NCBI RefSeq assembly: GCF_009914755.1
Contig: NC_060942.1
Length of the DNA: 64,000 bases
Strand: one strand, 5' to 3'
Source: the human T2T-CHM13v2.0 reference genome, Homo sapiens
This document shows positions 56,704 to 64,000 of the stretch, one piece after another. The notes beneath the pieces were generated by a model. That model saw nothing but the letters and a program-made list of their open reading frames with translations. It did not search any database and had not been told where the DNA came from. The first letter of the stretch is position 1; every line of letters begins with the position of its first letter. A program made the position numbers and the translations under genes.

Positions 56704-58029
56704 GTTTTTGTTTGCTTGTCTTTCAGCACTTTAAAGATGATGTTACATTTTCTTCTTGCCTCCATTTTTTTGTAATGTAAAGTCAGACTTTAATGAGACT
56801 TTTGGTGTTTATTCTCATCTGTGTTCATCTACAATATTCTACTTGAGAACTTCTGTCTTTCATCAAATTTGACAAACTTTTGGCATATATAAGGGTTCAT
56901 TTATTCTTCCTTTCTGTTACTTCCATTTATCATGGATAAGTACATTCTATGAACTCTTTTTTTTCCAGAAATTATTTTTTCCTGTTAATGACCAATAAAT
57001 AGGTAAAATCCACAAATTAAATCATAATAAAAAGTTCTATTAATTTTGAATTATGGAGAAGTTTTAGAGAAATTAAAATGCCTGTACATTGCTGGTGAAA
57101 GTATTTAACCATGGTGATCAGTTTGTATTGTGAATACATTTGCACAGTCTCTATCCCATCCTTCAATTTACTAAAGTAAGCCCTCTGATAAGCCTAAAAT
57201 TTTATTCATGTTAAACCACAGTTCTATTCAAATTTTAATGTTTTAGGGCTAGTGGTTTTGTTTGTTTGTTTCTATTTTTTGCATTTTACCTAAAATTTTT
57301 TTGCTAAACCAAGATCATAAATCTGGACTCCTATACTTTATTTCTAGGAGATTTATAGTTTTAGATTTTTTATTATGTTTTAACATATTTCAAATAAATA
57401 TTTATGTCTGGTTTCGGTATTAAATATAGGTCAGGTATTATTTTTTGTATACCTTTTCCCGAATTAGATTGCTTTGGTAATTTTGTCAAAAATAATTGAC
57501 CCTAAAATTCTGTATATATCCCTTGACTATATATTTTGTGTCCCTAATCTATTCATTGATCTTTATATCAGTATCAATAATTTGGTTACTTTACTTCTGA
57601 ATTAATTCTTAAATAATAACTTGTCATACATTTTTGTCAATTTGAGATCTTAGCACATAGCAGCTGCCCTTTGGACACCCCTGCGGCCCCAGAGCAGGTA
57701 GTCATGTCCACATTCCAGCACCTTGCACATGTAGGAGCCAAGGTGGACAAAAACGATCCTGCCTTCCAAATATTGGAAATATGTTTCTGATTACTGATTG
57801 CTGCTTCTGATCATAGTGCTGCAGAGAAAGAGGAGAGGCCATTAGATTTACACGTCTTCCTATTGTTGCCAACGCCACCTGTTCTTACTAAACTTACTGA
57901 TGGGGGATTTAAAGAGCCAGAACCTTCATGACTCTTCCCTTTTACTTTTTTTTCCTCCTTATGTGAGCCAGACATTGAAGACTAGATATACAGGAGAAAT
58001 CAGAACATCACTCTGCTTACCCAGAGAAA

Positions 58030-58320
58030 GTCTTAACTTCAGAAAAAACCTGAGAAAACTTTAATTTTATAGCTCAGGCTAGTCCTCAGCACAGAGACAG
58101 CCTACAACAATCAAAAGAACCAAAACAAAAACAAACCAAGAAAGCCCTGGGGAAGGGGAATAATGTGATGTTCATAGTTAGCACATTATTAGATTCAAAT
58201 GTCTAGTTTTCAACAAAAAATCACAAGGCATAAGCAAGAAGTAAGCAAGAAAGTATAAGAAAGTATGTCCACTCAAAGACAAAAGACAAACCAACAGAAA
58301 CTTTACTTGAAAAAAAAGAC
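58030..58320 (+). mobile_element. L1M 5'-region fragment
   Basis: ttcaaatgtctagttttcaacaaaaaatcacaaggcata...aagaaagtatgtccactca. Confidence 0.7.
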
Positions 58321-58324
58321 CCTT

Positions 58325-59190
58325 TGTGCTACAAAGGAAGCAATGAACAGTGAAAAGACAACTTAGGAACTCCTGTAACTCAAGAAACAATCAAATCAAA
58401 AAATAGGCAAAGAACTTGAGTAGACATTTCTCCAAAGAAGCTGTACAAATGGCCAAAACCCATAAAAATATACTCAACAGCACTAATCAAATTAGGGAAA
58501 TCAAAATCAAAATCACAGTGCCATATCATCTCACACCTGTTGGCATGGACATTATAAAAACCACTGAAAAGGACACAATGACAAAGATAGAGAAATTGGA
58601 ACCCTTATAACTGTTGAAAGGAATGTAAAATAATAAAGCCATTATGATAATTCTATTTTTAATAATTTAAACATGATCCAGCAATCCTAATTCTGAGTAT
58701 TTCTTTAAAAATCATTGAAAATAGGATAGTGAAGAGTTATTTGCACATCTCTGTTTATTTCAGCACTATTTACAATAACCAAGAGGTAGAAGCAAACTAA
58801 ATGGCCATCAACAGATAATGGATAATGAAAATATGGTATATATCCACACAAAGCATTATTATTCAGCCATAAAAAAGAAGGAAATCCTGTCATATGTTGC
58901 AATATGGATGACCCTTGAGGACATTAAGCCAGGCACAAAAAAGCAAAGACTGGGTGATTCCCCTTATATGAGATATATAAAATGGTCAAACTCTCAGAAA
59001 TGGAATGTAGAATGGTAGTTTCCAGGGGCTGGGGGCAGTGGGAAAACTGGAGTTGTTTAATAGATAGAGAGTTTGGGAAGATAAAAAACTTCTAAAGGTC
59101 TGTTGCCCAATAACGTGCAAATAGTTAACAGTAATGTACACATAAGGTTATGATAGTAAATTTTACGTGTTTTTGACCACAGTAAAAGCA
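58325..59190 (+). mobile_element. L1MA9/10- or L1MB1-like ORF2 end plus 3' UTR
   Basis: ORFs RHFSKEAVQMAK...YHLTPVGM and YYSAIKKKEILSYVAIWMTLEDI. 3' tip ...tttgaccacagtaaaa. Confidence 0.88.
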
Positions 59191-60339
59191 TCAATTATGT
59201 AATTCTTCTACATTTGTTCTTTTTTTTCTGAGACTGTTGACAACTACAGAGTGTTTTACATTTCTATATACAATTTAAATCAGCTTGTCGGTTTTTCTAA
59301 CAACAAATCTTGGTATTTTTATTGAAATTCACCAAATTATAGATTAATTTGGGGTTATTTAATATTTTTAAATATAGAGTCTTCACTTGATATTTATGAT
59401 ATATTTCTGTATTTATTGTATTACGTTTTCTTTAATATCTCTCAGCAAAGTTTCATAGTTTTAATGTAAGGGCTTTGTATAATGTACATTAATTTTACTG
59501 TGTAACTATTTCTTTGCTATTATAAAATAATGCAGCTTTGTTTATTTGTGTAGCAGAAGATTGAGGTATATTGTTGTTTGGTTTTTTGTTAGGTTGCTTA
59601 TCTCAGTGAATTGGAGTTATTTTCCATGCCTGGCAATAAAAACGATGAGGTACATATTTCATCAAGTTTGGTTTTAGCAGATATCAATCCAGCACTTTTC
59701 TTATGATTGAGTTTACCTAAGCTAGCACAACACTGAACTTACCCAGGACTGATGCACATATATCTAAAGGTGGTGTCATTGCATTTATAAACTTTTGAGT
59801 TTGGAGAAGACAAGACATTGCTTTCAAATTGATCTTCAACCACAGAAGCATGTAGGTACTACAAACCAGCAGAATTTATGAGACGGAATCATTTTTCTGT
59901 TTCAGCACTACCTCAATTGCACATTTCTGACCAACGAACATTGTGTATACCTATGTGGTCGGGGAAGGGGAAAATGCCAGAGGTATTGTCAGGTTGTGAA
60001 ACTGTAGCTGCGTTTAGGCATTTTCCAGAATAAAATTCATCCTCTCATCTACACTGTGATCGGTATCTCAGCTGCAGATCTTCAGCTTCTCAAAGTGCCC
60101 CAGTCTGTGGTAGGCATTCTCCTTAGCCAGCCTATATGCACACCCAGTAAACTGATCCCAAGACACTCACCTTCATATATGAAGAATTCCTGGATCTAAA
60201 AATCAGTTCTCCTATGCCTCCTTTCATGTTGTACTCTTCAACAGTCCTATAGATAAATATGATGTTTCGGTGTATCCTTATGGTGATTAGTATTAATAAG
60301 AAAAAAATCTTCATTATTTTACATCTAACAGGAAACTAT

Positions 60340-60719
60340 TGATATGGTTTGGCTGTGTCCCTATCCAAATTTCATCTTGAATTGTATTAATAGTTTCCAT
60401 AATCCCCATGTGTCCTGGGAGAGACCAAGTGGAGATAATTGAATCATGGGGTCTTTTTCCCCCATCCTGTTCTTGTGACAGTGAGTGAGTTTTCACGATA
60501 TCTGATGTTTTTATAATGGGCTTCCCCCTTCGCTGCACACTTATTCTTCTCCTTTCTGCTGCCATATGAAGAAGGACACATTTGCTTCTTCCACCATGAT
60601 TGTACGTTTCCTGAGGCCTCCCCAGCCCTGCAGAACTGTGAGTCAATTAAACCTCTTTTCTTCATGAATTATCCAATCTCCAGCAGTTCTTTATAGCAGC
60701 ATGAGAAAGGACTAATATA
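60340..60719 (+). mobile_element. MaLR solo LTR (THE1D-like)
   Basis: tgatatggtttggctgtgtccc...tcctgaggcctccccagcc...gtgagtcaattaaacctctttt...ggactaatata. Confidence 0.93.
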
Positions 60720-60869
60720 CCTGTCTTATTTATACTTAGTGTATTTTTTAACAACAAGGTCTTTTTTTTAATTTGAATAAGTACAGAAGCATAAAAAATG
60801 AGTTGAGAATATAATATATCCAAAAATTCAGTCATGTTAATTTTTTTAAGTTCCCAAAAGCCATTCAGT

Positions 60870-61075
60870 TATTTAGTAAGTACTTTTGCCATGTTAGTTA
60901 CTCTCTGTATTCTACATACTTTATTTTTTATGATACCCACAAAACTCTATAAACATTTAACTTTGGTTTTATAGACAGTGAAACTGAGGAACAAGGATTA
61001 AAGAAGGGTCTTAATATTCCACAGCTAGAAATGGTCAAATTCAGGATTCATGCTTAGACCACTGACATCAGAACA
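60870..61075 (-). mobile_element. MIR
   Basis: ttttatagacagtgaaactgagg...cacagctagaaatgg...caggattca. Confidence 0.72.
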
Positions 61076-62960
61076 GGTGCTACAAAAGGAAAGGACTTAC
61101 TGATGGCTCACTGTGCCAGAGGTTATTGCTTCTCTTTTCATAATTTATCCTTTTGGCCATGGTTAGAGACACAGTACATGTAACTATCAAAATTAGTTCT
61201 ACATTGATCTCTTACAGGTAAGAATTTTTGATTTATATCTTTAAATTCTAAATTTATAAAATATTCTTTAAAGGAGTAGTTTTTTAATGTATTGTCAATA
61301 ATACCTCTCTTCAAATGTGATATTCAGAATAAAAATTGTCCAATAGTTTGTAATATTCCTCGGTTATTTGTAAAGCATTATCAATATTCAGTGATAGTGT
61401 TACATATTATTTATCTGTTGTGTCCATTTTTTCATAGTTTTGTTCAAAATCTTCATTTGTGGCAAGATATTAATGTCTGCAAATGTGGAGAAGCTAAGAC
61501 TGTATTCACCCTCTCAGAGAAATCAGAAAGTTTACTCAAAATATTTGCTTAGGTTACAGTAGTGGGACTAATAGAGCGCAGGAATTCTCCAAATCTAGGA
61601 CTTTTCTATACCTAGCAGAGTATTTTATAAAATGAAATCTGCATTGTTGACAAGTTCCAGTCAGAAAACATTACCAGACACTGTTCAAGGTAAAAAGCAT
61701 CAATAGCATTGATTTGCCATAATAAATTCAGGTCAGCAAATGTTAAAAAAAATAATGTGACTGAATTAACCAATGTTACCGTGACTCACAAAGACTCTGA
61801 CATTACATTTGTCATTGAATAAAGGGTGCAATTTGGAATGCAGCCTTCTCTCTACATATGCAACACACATTTTCATCAATTTAATGGCATTGTGGAATTG
61901 GTTTGATTTTGTCAGTGCATTCAGGGACCTGTCTTCCGCACAATGGAAAACCCATTTACTTTCTCCTTTGATGCACTTATTTAATGCCAGGTAATCATTG
62001 TACCTCTGTTTTGAGGTCTTTCTCAAGAGTATGTTCCATTATTGATATATTTAGTCACCGAAGAAGAGTATCTTAAGCATAAATCAAAAATATGTACACA
62101 CAAATATTTCAGAAGTTTGAGTTCTTTGTTCTCTATTTTTAAAAATTTTAATCTACTAACATGCTGTCATCAACTATATCAAAGACAGATCGAAACAGGC
62201 TTGGAAAAGTCTTCAGCATGCAAATAAAATGCAATGTTGAATTTGCAAAAAAAGATTTCTTTTTCATATTTTAACATAGAGAAGCAACTCTCATTTTTGG
62301 AATGTATAAAATGGGGTCCTAGAGATATATGATTCCATTCACCTCAAAAGTATTTTAAAATTGAGGCTTTGAATTTCCATTTTGTATTATTTGAAAAAAA
62401 TATTTTATGTGAATTGAATGGATAGTTGAACAGTAGATAAACTTTTGAAAGTTGAGTATTTAATGCTTTAAAATATTTTTATCCCTAACAAATATAAGTT
62501 GTGCTTCTTATTTAAATTCATCTGATATTTGGAATTTATTTACCTCCTAAAATCCAATTATTTTTACCATTTATATCTTTTGATAGCCAAATTAATATTT
62601 TCTCTCTATATATATTTTTTATTTTTAAGAGATCTTTTGTTGTATTTTCCCAGCACTAACTTGGAGATGAGCTAAAGAGTCATATGGTAATATTAATACA
62701 ATTGTTGTTTCTACTACAATTTAATATTTTACTTGTAATTTAATAATTAATGCAGTTTTGTATGATATAGCACAATACCTTGATGCTGTCTGTACAATTC
62801 ATTTGAATGAGCTCTCAAACTAGTCAGTTTATGTATCAGTCACAATTCTTTCCAAAAGATAGCAGATACCTTGACTAACTAAACAACTAAAGAGATTTTC
62901 CAAAGATATCAATTAGCTCACAAAAGCAATAGAAAGCTAGAAAATTGTGCTTGAAACTCA

Positions 62961-63042
62961 GGAAGAAAGAGAGAAAGAGAAAGAAGGAAGGAAGGAACTA
63001 AGGGGGAGGGAAGGAAAGCAGGGAGAAAGAAAGAAAGAAAGA
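62961..63042. repeat. GA-rich (GGAA/GAAA) tract
   Basis: Seen directly. Confidence 0.9.
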
Positions 63043-63582
63043 CAGCTAGACTTGGTCACAGACATAGTCTGAAACAGCCAAACTCGTGAGCTGAGTACAG
63101 TCTACTTAAACTATTGTTGACAACAGCAATGGGCTTTCAACACTGAAGATGACACTGTGGATAATTACTTGCTGTGCTAATCTTTGTGTCCCCTCTCAAA
63201 ATTCAAAGTTCTTGAAAAGACATTCAAGTTTTAAAGACCACATCACGATTGAATGTCTTAGCTACAAGCACACCAAGACGCACACAATCAGGAATTGCCT
63301 TGAATCAGGACAGATATTCATATGATTGATAACATTTTGAAAAAAGAAAGGAAACCATAGCTTATATTTAAAAATATTTTCAATGACTCTGTAAATATGT
63401 CTTTCCATGTAGATACTGTCCACCATTTTCCAAAAACACCAATTTGTTTCCCAGTGTCACTGCGTTTAATATATACATGATTGCATGGAAAAGAGTTAAT
63501 CATTAAAAGTTTTAATGTTCAACACATAAAAGCAACTATTATGTGTTGGCTTGGGGCATAAGAGTTTGCTATAGTCATGTAA

Positions 63583-63901
<319 letters not shown>

Positions 63902-64000
63902 TAAAGCTAGTTATGTATAGTTAATTGTCACAATGTATGTTAAACTCCAACAAAAGCGGCAAATCTAATAAATATAAAGTGAATTCAGCCCAAAACATCC

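Larger units (their letters stand above)
53375..57640 (-). mobile_element. Old L1M (L1MD/L1ME-like), fragmented, host of MLT2A2
   Basis: ctagaatttcgtataaatgcaatcatac; tgttttccaaagtggctgta; tagaattcaccagtgaag; tcaaagaaccaaattttggtttcatt. Confidence 0.78.

Overview
This is human non-coding genomic DNA: AT-rich, CpG-poor and dense in interspersed repeats. A human-specific L1HS-Ta element identifies the species. I cannot support any protein-coding gene, RNA gene or CRISPR-like system. The ORF track is explained by L1 ORF1/ORF2 remnants, Alu/LTR reading frames and chance. Repeats include a 2.8-kb old L1PA/PB with diverged TSD, several L1M fragments, nine near-full-length Alus, MaLR/ERVL solo LTRs (MLT1, MLT2A2, THE1D), MER33/MER20/MADE1 DNA-transposon fossils, L2, MIR and microsatellites. 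The clearest feature is a very young ~1-kb L1HS-Ta (Ta-0 type) insertion at 30077-31090. It has a perfect 17-bp TSD, a canonical TT/AAAA site and a twin-priming 5' inversion that creates a chimeric 180-aa ORF carrying the ORF2p CCHC domain. Unexplained structures include a nested hairpin in unique DNA (3758-3888), an AT-rich ~120-bp palindrome (8795-8912), an ~80-bp tandem duplication and a candidate recursive splice site. Subfamily calls are from memory of consensus sequences, and boundaries of old repeats are approximate. I did not find a convincing previously undescribed biological system.
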